64,000 bases of DNA from positions 123,225 to 187,224 of IMG/VR virus record IMGVR_UViG_3300008255_000097; one strand, written 5' to 3'. The notes beneath the pieces were generated by a model that was given only the letters and a program-made list of their open reading frames with translations, searched no databases and was not told the DNA's origin. Position numbers and translations under genes: made by a program. Shown here piece by piece: positions 49,410-56,437 of the stretch (within the stretch, counting starts at the first letter, position 1; each line of letters begins with the position of its first letter). This stretch comes from a virus.

Positions 49410-49434
49410 TTTTTGTTTTTGTTTTTGTTTTTGT
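49410..49434. repeat. (TTTTTG)x4 tandem repeat
   Basis: Direct hexamer repeat just downstream of the hairpin. Confidence 0.6.
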
Positions 49435-49453
49435 TTTTGCTTCTTTCATTTGA

Positions 49454-49526
49454 TGGAGCGGGTAAGGAGAATTGAACTCCTGTATTCAGATTGGAAGTCT
49501 GACGCACAACCATTATGCCATACCCG
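49454..49526 (-). tRNA. tRNA-Gly(TCC)
   Basis: Anticodon loop CTTCCAA, T-arm AGGAGTTCAATTCTCCT, CCA encoded. Confidence 0.75.
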
Positions 49527-49538
49527 CGTTACCAATAT

Positions 49539-50120
49539 TTATCTCAATCGTTGTATAATACTTTGTCGAACTCTACCCGGCATTCCATTGAGTTGTTTTA
49601 TTATTTTTAACACCTCCGGACTATCAATCAAATCCATTGCTTTCATTGAATCACAATAATCACCGACGTTCTTCGAATAATGTCGCATCAACTCTGCTGC
49701 TTTAAAAAACTCATCATCAATATTACAAGTATCTGAGACAATCTTCTCTACCTCTTTACCTGGACGGAAAAACTGTACTTCTGCGAATGCTGCTTTTTGT
49801 AGACTTTCATATTTTTCAGGGTTATTTTTCGCTAAATCAGAAATTCGAATTTTTTCTCTTAGCATTTCCGTGAACGGTTTATTTATATCCTTCTCAGGTT
49901 TTGTATCGATATCGACAACATTAAAGGTACATATAGCAAAGAGATTTTTATCTCTATGCTCTACTAAAAGATAACTATTTTCACAGTTGAATAGATATTC
50001 ATTATCTAATAGTTTCTCCACATTGGCCTGTGACGATTGAACAGCCTTCAATATTTGTTTTACAAACCAATCAATATACGTGGTTGGAATATTATCTATT
50101 TTTAAATCTTTGATTTCCAT
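49539..50120 (-). CDS. hypothetical protein
   Basis: 193-aa ORF between tRNA genes. Confidence 0.4.
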   Translation of the reverse strand: MEIKDLKIDNIPTTYIDWFVKQILKAVQSSQANVEKLLDNEYLFNCENSYLLVEHRDKNLFAICTFNVVDIDTKPEKDINKPFTEMLREKIRISDLAKNNPEKYESLQKAAFAEVQFFRPGKEVEKIVSDTCNIDDEFFKAAELMRHYSKNVGDYCDSMKAMDLIDSPEVLKIIKQLNGMPGRVRQSIIQRLR

Positions 50121-50188
50121 ATTATCTCCTGTCCTTAATTATACTCTATTGCAAATATAAATCAACACATGCCTTAATATTTATTTTT

Positions 50189-50262
50189 TGGTTGGATCGG
50201 GAAGATTTGAACTTCCACCAAGAGAGTCAAAGTCTCTTGTGCTGCCATTACACTACGACCCA
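50189..50262 (-). tRNA. tRNA-Gln(TTG)
   Basis: Anticodon loop CTTTGAC, U1-A72, CCA encoded. Confidence 0.7.
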
Positions 50263-50271
50263 TTTTATAGA

Positions 50272-50348
50272 TGGTGTACCTGGAGGGACTCGAACCCCCA
50301 TTAGTCTTGGTCCGTAGCCAAGTGCCATATCCATTAGGCGACAGGTAC
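50272..50348 (-). tRNA. tRNA-Arg(ACG)
   Basis: Anticodon loop CTACGGA, CCA encoded. Confidence 0.75.
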
Positions 50349-50388
50349 ATATTGAGAGGAAAACAATGAGAGGGTATTTCAAATGTCC

Positions 50389-50424
50389 GAAGTAACTCTA
50401 CATCTCACTTCTCAAATAAATTAT
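50389..50424 (+). repeat. tRNA-trailer hairpin repeat copy b
   Basis: GAAGTAACTCTACATCTCACTTC...AATTATT immediately before the CCA of tRNA-Ile. Confidence 0.6.
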
Positions 50425-50500
50425 TGGTAGGCGACCAAGGATTTGAACCTTGTCGACGAGATCTTATCAGGATCTCCGGCATAACCAATGCCCGCCGCCT
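50425..50500 (-). tRNA. tRNA-Ile(GAT)
   Basis: Anticodon loop CTGATAA, T-arm CAAGGTTCAAATCCTTG, CCA encoded. Confidence 0.75.
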
Positions 50501-50505
50501 ATTAA

Positions 50506-50582
50506 TGGTAGCGGAAGCAGGACTCGAACCTACGTCTTCGGCTTATGAGACCGAGCTGGAACCACCTCCAGTCTATTCCGCA
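50506..50582 (-). tRNA. tRNA-Met(CAT), initiator-like (U1·U72 mismatch)
   Basis: Anticodon loop CTCATAA, U8 A9, unpaired 1:72, CCA encoded. Confidence 0.55.
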
Positions 50583-50583
50583 A

Positions 50584-51042
50584 CTATATTCTATAAACTT
50601 CTGCAAATCTACAATTTTGTTTCTTTAGCTTAGGAGGATCAACACGTAAATTTATACTCTTTTGCACAGTAAATCCGTCTTCTTGAACACAATCAACGAC
50701 AGGTATTAAATATCCTTTTTGTGTTTCATCACACCAAATCGCAATTAAATCAATTTCTTTTATGCTATACGTAAATACAGCACTTTTACTTGTAGTGCCG
50801 ACTGTTCTTCTTGTATAAGCACGTACTGCGCCATTCTTTATAAGTCCGTTTTTTATCTGTACTCTTTCAAATCCATTACCGCGGTTGATTACTATATCAT
50901 AGAGTTGATTATCTCCAAAAGGCTGCAAAACAATCCAATTTTTATTTATACATTTCGCAATAATATTTATTTCTGCTTTATCCCCTATATTCTTAGTATT
51001 CATATTCAAAAATGGCTCAAGGGAGTTTAGGACCTTACCCAA
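50584..51042 (-). CDS. YraN/Hjc-like PD-(D/E)xK nuclease (paralog 1)
   Basis: GDKAEINIIAKCI...YDIVINRGNGFERVQIKNG matches the YraN pattern G..E...L...G...DLI...vEVK. Confidence 0.5.
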   Translation of the reverse strand: MGKVLNSLEPFLNMNTKNIGDKAEINIIAKCINKNWIVLQPFGDNQLYDIVINRGNGFERVQIKNGLIKNGAVRAYTRRTVGTTSKSAVFTYSIKEIDLIAIWCDETQKGYLIPVVDCVQEDGFTVQKSINLRVDPPKLKKQNCRFAEVYRI

Positions 51043-51105
51043 GAACTGTCCAAGGCGTTAGCTCTCGCCAACCTCCACCATCTAGTTTACTAACTAGCAA
51101 AAATA

Positions 51106-51525
51106 CTAAATTTCAAAATCTTTTGCCCAGAGAATACTTGCTTTTTGGTTATTTTTTGGTGCTTGTACTCTTAAACACACATCAACTGTCCCTCTATACT
51201 CCTCTATACCTATTCTATATAACTTATTATTGTCTTGACAAAAAATAATAAAACTATCAATTTCTTTATCTGTATACTGTTGAAGTATTGTTGTATTATA
51301 TTTCCGTTTCTGAACCCGACATCTTACAATTCCATTTATTTCTCTACCAGTTTTTACTTGAACTCTTTCAAATCCATTACCGAAATCTACTAAAATATCA
51401 TATTTTTGTTCATCCAAATACGGTTTAGCAACATCATACCCTTTTTCGAGTAAATACACTGCTACTTTATATTCATTAACCATTCCACGGCGTTGATTAT
51501 CATGTCCCTTTTCAATCTCTGTCAT
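51106..51525 (-). CDS. YraN/Hjc-like PD-(D/E)xK nuclease (paralog 2)
   Basis: GMVNEYKVAVYLLEKGYDVA...YDILVDFGNGFERVQVKTG. Confidence 0.5.
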   Translation of the reverse strand: MTEIEKGHDNQRRGMVNEYKVAVYLLEKGYDVAKPYLDEQKYDILVDFGNGFERVQVKTGREINGIVRCRVQKRKYNTTILQQYTDKEIDSFIIFCQDNNKLYRIGIEEYRGTVDVCLRVQAPKNNQKASILWAKDFEI

Positions 51526-51585
51526 TTTATCTCCTATAAATATTTATAAGAGATCATCTGCTATTATAGCAGATATTCAAATTAC

Positions 51586-51661
51586 TGGTCGGAAATGTCG
51601 GATTTGAACCGCTCCCAGACGCCCCAAACGTCTTGTGCTACCAAGTTACACCACATTTCCG
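51586..51661 (-). tRNA. tRNA-Pro(TGG)
   Basis: Anticodon loop TTTGGGG, perfect acceptor CGGAAAT/ATTTCCG, CCA encoded. Confidence 0.65.
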
Positions 51662-51692
51662 AATATTGGAAGAAAAGCTAACAGAGGTTTTA

Positions 51693-51760
51693 ATTTCATA
51701 CTAGGAGTTGAACCTAGAATATGAACCTTTTAAGGGTTCTGCATTTTCCAATTTTGCTAT
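51693..51760 (-). tRNA. tRNA-like fragment/pseudogene with Leu(TAA)-type anticodon arm
   Basis: Clear T-arm CTAGGTTCAACTCCTAG and anticodon arm GAACC CTTAAAA GGTTC, but no 5' acceptor partner and no CCA. Confidence 0.3.
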
Positions 51761-51791
51761 ACGATGTATCTCTATTAATCACTATCCAAAC

Positions 51792-51866
51792 TGGTACACG
51801 CAGAAGGAATCGGACCTCCATCTCCAGTGTGTAAAACTGGGGTACTAACCATTGTACGATGCGTGC
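51792..51866 (-). tRNA. tRNA-Val(TAC)
   Basis: Anticodon loop TTTACAC, CCA encoded. Confidence 0.7.
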
Positions 51867-51912
51867 ATTAAAAGAGAAAATCGACATTGAGTGTGTTTTA
51901 ATTCCCATAATT

Positions 51913-51942
51913 GAAGTAACTCAACATCTCACTACTTTTATT
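51913..51942 (+). repeat. tRNA-trailer hairpin repeat copy c
   Basis: GAAGTAACTCAACATCTCACTACTTTTATT before the CCA of tRNA-Ala. Confidence 0.6.
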
Positions 51943-52017
51943 GGTGGACCCGACAGGAATTGAACCTGCATCTCCTCGGTGCAAGCGAGGTGCTAAACCA
52001 GTGTCAGCTACGAGCCC
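51942..52017 (-). tRNA. tRNA-Ala(TGC)
   Basis: Anticodon loop CTTGCAC, G3-U70 pair, T-arm GCAGGTTCAATTCCTGT, CCA encoded. Confidence 0.8.
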
Positions 52018-52282
52018 AGAATATTTAAGGATAAAGTTGGCAAAAGTGTTCAGTGTTTTACAACGAACTGTACGTTGTGCGGCTCGTTTTAAGTGTCTCC
52101 AGCTTCCACTTGATACATAGTATCAATTCATGTATTTTTCGAAGTATCTTTTCCCTCAATGCCTTAAACATAACATCATTATATATGCATAAAATATTTA
52201 TGCAAGATCTTTAAAAAATTAATAGAGAAAGTCAAGAAAAAGTGTTTTTCGCGTGCTAACATTACACTAACCCTCGATTAAT

Positions 52283-52310
52283 TGGTTGAGGGTGAAGGAA
52301 TTGAACCTCC
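52283..52310 (-). tRNA. tRNA 3' fragment (T-arm plus acceptor strand plus CCA only)
   Basis: TGG T TGAGGGT GAAGGAATTGAACCTCC, with no anticodon or D arms. Confidence 0.3.
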
Positions 52311-52328
52311 TCTTCGTCATTATGTATT

Positions 52329-52360
52329 GAAGTAACTCTTTCTTTCACTACTATTAAAAC
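52329..52360 (+). repeat. tRNA-trailer hairpin repeat copy d
   Basis: GAAGTAACTCTTTCTTTCACTACTATTAAAAC. Confidence 0.6.
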
Positions 52361-52459
52361 TGGTCGGGAAGGTGGGATTCGAACCCACGAAGCACACACG
52401 CTTAGTGCACTTGTCCGGTTCCAAGCCGGATGAGGAAAGCCAGACTCCTCCACTTCCCG
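52361..52459 (-). tRNA. class II-type tRNA with TGG anticodon (Ser-like scaffold)
   Basis: Anticodon arm TCCGG CTTGGAA CCGGA (E. coli tRNA-Ser(UGA) has CUUGAAA), about 25-nt variable arm, 5' CGGGAAG, T-arm GTGGGTTCGAATCCCAC, CCA encoded. Confidence 0.45.
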
Positions 52460-52792
52460 TAAATTGGCAGTGTGATTTGGTTATCATCATTGGATTTCAC
52501 GATGTTCTGTCTTTGATCTTCGTGTGAGACATAGGAGTCGAACCTAAGCACTCGGGCCCGTGAAAGGATGAGTGGCAACCAGCTTCTCCGATCAAATACA
52601 TCTATCAACTACTTCACCAAATACATCTACCGCATACCGGTAGCGTTCTTTTAACCAGATGGATTTCAATATTTTTTCCTACTTGATATTGCTTTCATTA
52701 TTCTAGAACTAATTACTCACCTCTCAACGTCTATCATCTGTTTTATCTTGCCATAAAGACAAGAGTTATGATTTGAACTATCACACGTAAAA

Positions 52793-52867
52793 TGGTACCC
52801 TCGAGGAGAATTGAACTCCCTTTTACAGATTGAAAGTCTATCGAATTAACCAATATTCGACGAGGGC
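52793..52867 (-). tRNA. tRNA-Glu(TTC)
   Basis: Anticodon loop CTTTCAA, CCA encoded. Confidence 0.75.
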
Positions 52868-52935
52868 AAAAATTATTAGAGAAAAGTTGGCGTGAGTGTA
52901 TACTGTGCTAGCCGCTACACTACATGCGGAATTAT

Positions 52936-52981
52936 TGGCCCGCATGCCGGGACTCGAACCCGGCCCAGTCAATTAACAGTT
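52936..52981 (-). tRNA. tRNA 3' fragment (anticodon arm with CTGTTAA loop, T-arm, acceptor strand, CCA)
   Basis: The 5' half is replaced by hairpin repeat copy e. Confidence 0.3.
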
Positions 52982-53002
52982 GAAGTAACTCGTACCATCA
53001 CT
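52982..53002 (+). repeat. tRNA-trailer hairpin repeat copy e
   Basis: GAAGTAACTCGTACCATCACTACTAATAAAT. Confidence 0.6.
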
Positions 53003-53124
53003 ACTAATAAATTGGTGGGGACGAAAGGATTTTCACCTTTAATAACCATATAGGCACCTGGTGTACTGTCAGGCTTGCTCATTAAGTTTCGATACTTAAT
53101 TGCGATGTCCGCTGCCGCGTTCCC
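53003..53124 (-). ncRNA. tRNA-like/structured RNA of unclear type (about 120 nt)
   Basis: CCA, GGGGACG acceptor-like strand and AAAGG ATTTTCA CCTTT T-arm-like hairpin, then an ATTAAG-TTTCGATA-CTTAAT hairpin; no canonical cloverleaf. Confidence 0.25.
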
Positions 53125-53227
53125 CTTTGATTGTTACACGAAGTGGATTCTCACCACACTTGTACCCGAAGCACCGTGCATCAATTATAACTGATTCTAC
53201 ACTATTCGTGAAATTTTTTCATGAAAA

Positions 53228-53303
53228 TGGTAGGTGTGGCGGGACTCGAACCCGCGACAGTCCGGTTAAAAGCCGGAGGCTCTATCAACTGAGCTACGCA
53301 TCC
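53228..53303 (-). tRNA. tRNA-Lys(TTT) second copy with two acceptor-stem mismatches (possible pseudogene)
   Basis: Anticodon loop CTTTTAA, D-arm TAGCTCAGTTGATAGAGC, T-arm GCGGGTTCGAGTCCCGC, A·C mismatches at 3:70 and 6:67. Confidence 0.5.
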
Positions 53304-53713
53304 AAACATCTATCAAAATCTAAATAATCCTCATACCAATTTGTTGTTTTTGTAATTCTTTCATTCTTTTCATATCGGATAACAATACACTTCTTCTTAC
53401 TAAAATCTTTCCAACTCAAATATATAACTCTTTCAATCTCTGGTATATAATATGCAAATACATCTAGATCTCTTTCAGTGTATGTAAATCTATAATTTGG
53501 ACCGCTCTTACTAAGCACACAATCTATTGAACCTCCTGTCTTATTATAACATTGATGGTTCTTCACTTGTATACGAATAGGTATACTACCAACTAAAGCA
53601 ATTAAATCAACTTTTGATAAATCACCTAGCTCTGTAAAAACAGCATATCCTTTCTTTAAAAGATCCAATGCAACAGCACACTCACCTATATTTCCTTTAA
53701 TTTTTGAATGCAT
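53294..53713 (-). CDS. YraN/Hjc-like PD-(D/E)xK nuclease (paralog 3)
   Basis: GNIGECAVALDLLKKGYAVFTELGDLSKVDLIALVGSIPIRIQVKN. Confidence 0.55.
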   Translation of the reverse strand: MHSKIKGNIGECAVALDLLKKGYAVFTELGDLSKVDLIALVGSIPIRIQVKNHQCYNKTGGSIDCVLSKSGPNYRFTYTERDLDVFAYYIPEIERVIYLSWKDFSKKKCIVIRYEKNERITKTTNWYEDYLDFDRCLDA

Positions 53714-53765
53714 ATTTAACCTCTTATCTGTATAGTATATTGCTATAATACACTCATATTAGAAA

Positions 53766-53842
53766 TGGCGGAGACGACGAGAATTGAACTCGCGCTTCTA
53801 GTTAGACAGACTAGTGTGCAGAAACCACTACACTACGCCTCC
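53766..53842 (-). tRNA. tRNA-Asp(GTC)
   Basis: Anticodon loop CTGTCTA, CCA encoded. Confidence 0.7.
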
Positions 53843-53854
53843 AGTAAAATCAAT

Positions 53855-53941
53855 TGGTGCACTTGGGGAGACTCGAACTCCCATTGACCGAAGTCATCTG
53901 GTCCTCAACCAGACGCGTTTGCCAAATTACGCCACAAGTGC
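53855..53941 (-). tRNA. tRNA-Leu(GAG)
   Basis: Class II: anticodon loop TTGAGGA, variable arm TGAC..GTCA, exact 7-bp acceptor, CCA encoded. Confidence 0.75.
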
Positions 53942-53988
53942 AATATATGAAGAAAATCGACTAAGAGTGTTTTTTGAATTAAAAGTTC

Positions 53989-54021
53989 GAAGTAACTCTT
54001 TATCTCACTATCATAAAAATT
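53989..54021 (+). repeat. tRNA-trailer hairpin repeat copy f (not followed by a tRNA)
   Basis: GAAGTAACTCTTTATCTCACTATCATAAAAATT with the same upstream extension as copy a. Confidence 0.55.
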
Positions 54022-54085
54022 GTTAGTAAAGAAAATCTAGAAGAGTGTAATCATCACCAAGGTCGGCCGAAGCTGTGGGGGTGTT

Positions 54086-54103
54086 GATAGGAGTCGAACC
54101 TAT
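54086..54103 (-). tRNA. isolated T-arm fragment
   Basis: GATAGGAGTCGAACCTAT between repeat copies f and g. Confidence 0.25.
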
Positions 54104-54110
54104 TATAACC

Positions 54111-54140
54111 GAAGTAACTCATTCTATCACTATTACTAAA
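54111..54140 (+). repeat. tRNA-trailer hairpin repeat copy g
   Basis: GAAGTAACTCATTCTATCACTATTACTAAA before the CCA of tRNA-Phe. Confidence 0.6.
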
Positions 54141-54215
54141 TGGTGGAAGCCCCGGGGATTGAACCCGATTGTCTGGATTTTCAGTCCAGCGCATTGACCA
54201 CAATTGCTTGACTTC
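54141..54215 (-). tRNA. tRNA-Phe(GAA)
   Basis: Anticodon loop CTGAAAA, CCA encoded. Confidence 0.75.
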
Positions 54216-54302
54216 CAAAATGGTGGACGTGAGTTTTACAAGGATGCGCCCTCCCCTTGCGTTAATTAACTTAGCATTTCTATTGATCAGATAAAAACAC
54301 TA

Positions 54303-54377
54303 TGGTGCCCCCACGGGTAATCGAAACCCGATTTCCAGATTGAGAGTCTGATGTCCTGACCGTTAGACGACAGGGCA
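54303..54377 (-). tRNA. tRNA-Glu(CTC)
   Basis: Anticodon loop CTCTCAA, D-arm GTCTAACGGTCAGGAC, T-arm CGGGTTTCGATTACCCG; acceptor stem pairs at only 5 of 7 positions. Confidence 0.5.
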
Positions 54378-54473
54378 TGAAAATTTAAGAGAAAATTTAA
54401 GAGAAAATCTGAATGAGAGCTTTTTATTGACGGGTGTGTTTACCAGTTTCACCACAAGGCAGCTATGAACCAC

Positions 54474-54512
54474 CAAGGTAGGACTCGAACCTACAATATC
54501 CTGTTTGTTTGA
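54474..54512 (-). tRNA. tRNA 3' fragment (T-arm plus acceptor strand) fused to repeat copy h
   Basis: CACCAAG GTAGGACTCGAACCTAC, with no CCA, followed by the repeat hairpin. Confidence 0.25.
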
Positions 54513-54538
54513 AGTAACTCATACATCACTACTTAAAT
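54513..54538 (+). repeat. tRNA-trailer hairpin repeat copy h
   Basis: GAAGTAACTCATACATCACTACTTAAATTA. Confidence 0.6.
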
Positions 54539-54539
54539 T

Positions 54540-54627
54540 ATGGCTGATAGGGCCAGACTTGAACTGGCAGGGATACAAAGTATCAAAGGTTAACAGCCTT
54601 CCCCGTTACCATTACGGTTTACCTATC
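54540..54627 (-). tRNA. class II-type tRNA with GTT anticodon (Tyr-like scaffold)
   Basis: Exact acceptor TGATAGG/CCTATCA, anticodon arm GAAGG CTGTTAA CCTTT, 16-nt variable hairpin GATAC..GTATC, CCA encoded. Confidence 0.5.
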
Positions 54628-54638
54628 ATTCGCGAAAA

Positions 54639-54719
54639 ATGGTGGGCAGAGGAGGACTCGAACCTCCGTGTGGTATGCCAGATTTACAGTCTGGTGCAGT
54701 CGCCGCTGTGCCATCCACC
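54639..54719 (-). tRNA. tRNA-Tyr(GTA)
   Basis: Anticodon loop CTGTAAA, 10-nt variable region, CCA encoded. Confidence 0.65.
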
Positions 54720-55016
54720 CAAAATAAATGAAGCCCCTACCTACGCTTACATTCGTGTTCGACTATGCCTTTAGGGCGCTGACCTCGGGTTACATCACGT
54801 ATAGATTTTTTACATCACCCCGATATTCTGCGACGGTCGTTTCGAACTTACCTTTTTTAATAGCGAATAAGACGCTCTATCGTTTCTATTTCAAAACAAT
54901 GCGCAGACTTATAGCGACGTCTTATGTTTTCAGGTACATAATCCAACAAACCTATTAAATTTTGATTTGACACGGTTAAATTAGCATTTCTACTAACGCC
55001 CGTTGCTATGTCAAAC

Positions 55017-55093
55017 TGGTGAACGTGGTGGGACTTGAACCCACATATTCTCGGTTAAGAGCCGAGCCTAAATTCCTTTCTAGTCACACGTTC
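55017..55093 (-). tRNA. tRNA-Lys(CTT)
   Basis: Anticodon loop CTCTTAA, exact acceptor GAACGTG/CACGTTC, CCA encoded. Confidence 0.7.
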
Positions 55094-55169
55094 AAAAAAT
55101 TGCGGCTTTTAAGGTATTGCAACCTAACGAGAACCGCGTCGTACTGATTTCACGGAAGGGCAATTTCCA

Positions 55170-55195
55170 ATAAAAAACCCATCCTGTTGGATGGG
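55170..55195 (-). terminator. rho-independent terminator (minus-strand sense)
   Basis: CCCATCC AACA GGATGGG followed by TTTTTTT on the minus strand. Confidence 0.6.
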
Positions 55196-55476
55196 CTAAT
55201 GTAAACTTGTTTGTATTGGCAGCTTACATCAGCACTTCCGTTCCCCCATATCTTCCGCTGTATACGGATGACGATTATTACCTGGGAGGCACTCGTACCC
55301 GCTAAAGCGTCTGATCTGTTTCAAAGTTATAAATTGTGTTTCCATATTTCATTAATTATTTATGCTCTTTGCCTCAATTTCCAGCATATTTCATAAATTT
55401 CTTTCTTTCAATACTCATATATTATAATAATCAGAATATAATGCAACATAAAAACTAAATTTTATGCATTAACGAA

Positions 55477-55824
55477 TCATATGCCTAGAGGATTAACTCT
55501 AGTTAGCTGCTTGAATGTCTCAGTCTTCTTACCTACATTCATTATAGCATGGCCCCAAAAAGCCTTGTTTATTGTACGAGGTTTCTCTGTTTTAATTTCG
55601 TAATAACATTTTGTAATAAACATTTGTTTTTTATTATGACCACCACCAATTTTTCGACGCCTATCTTCAGCCTCCCCTGGGATTTTATAGATAGTAGCAT
55701 GCTTACACTCAGATTGCCAGCCATTACATTCACGATAATAAAAACATCTCATAGTAGGCCCGTGGAAATATCCTAAAATATAACCGATTTTATACTGGTG
55801 TTTAGTTCTACGCTTTGCTTTCAT
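55477..55824 (-). CDS. hypothetical Cys-rich protein
   Basis: 115-aa ORF. Confidence 0.35.
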   Translation of the reverse strand: MKAKRRTKHQYKIGYILGYFHGPTMRCFYYRECNGWQSECKHATIYKIPGEAEDRRRKIGGGHNKKQMFITKCYYEIKTEKPRTINKAFWGHAIMNVGKKTETFKQLTRVNPLGI

Positions 55825-56159
55825 AATAATTCCGTAAAGTGTACTGCTATTAGATCTTCAAATGTGTCGTGAACTTCCCATATTTGTGCTTGAGGTAATG
55901 TTATTAGTTGTGTGTGTAATTCTTCATTATTTGTTGATTTACAATAAAACCTTGTATTCTTTAAAATAGTTGATCCAATATCTGTAATGTAGTAATCTAG
56001 TTCATATATTGGAGATCCTATATACCATAATTGTTTAACTGGTTTTTCATAACCAAATTGTGTAGTCATTCTTGTATTTATAGCCCATATCCACTTCCTC
56101 ACAGGAGTGTCACAAGATGCCGTTCGACTAATTGCTCTAGCGAGTTGTATGTTTTCCAT
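55821..56159 (-). CDS. hypothetical protein, member of ELL-tail paralog family
   Basis: C-terminus ...FEDLIAVHFTELL. Confidence 0.4.
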   Translation of the reverse strand: MENIQLARAISRTASCDTPVRKWIWAINTRMTTQFGYEKPVKQLWYIGSPIYELDYYITDIGSTILKNTRFYCKSTNNEELHTQLITLPQAQIWEVHDTFEDLIAVHFTELL

Positions 56160-56410
56160 TTGTACTCAGATTTTGTAAATTCAACAGAATCCCCTGGTTT
56201 TAAGTTTTTAGAGCTACGCAGAGTCGATCGTAAAATTTTACCTTCCACAATTGTAACCGTGTGTAAATTTCCCTCTCGGTTTCTATATGAATATCCACCA
56301 CTAACATGAACATCTCTTAGAATAGCAAACCCATTATCTTCGATACGAAGTTTGAATAGACCAAGAGATGATTTAATGTTACGTACCTTAGGTTGTATAA
56401 ATGCAAACAT
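56099..56410 (-). CDS. hypothetical protein, member of ELL-tail paralog family
   Basis: C-terminus ...LEQLVERHLVTLL. Confidence 0.4.
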   Translation of the reverse strand: MFAFIQPKVRNIKSSLGLFKLRIEDNGFAILRDVHVSGGYSYRNREGNLHTVTIVEGKILRSTLRSSKNLKPGDSVEFTKSEYKWKTYNSLEQLVERHLVTLL

Positions 56411-56437
56411 TAGTTGTTTTATATAGTGTTAATGTAA

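Noticed and set aside
49164-54540. Possible CRISPR array among the repeated elements
   Set aside because: The repeats are irregularly spaced (hundreds to thousands of nt apart), are each tied to a tRNA 3' end, and lack uniform spacers. No cas genes are present.
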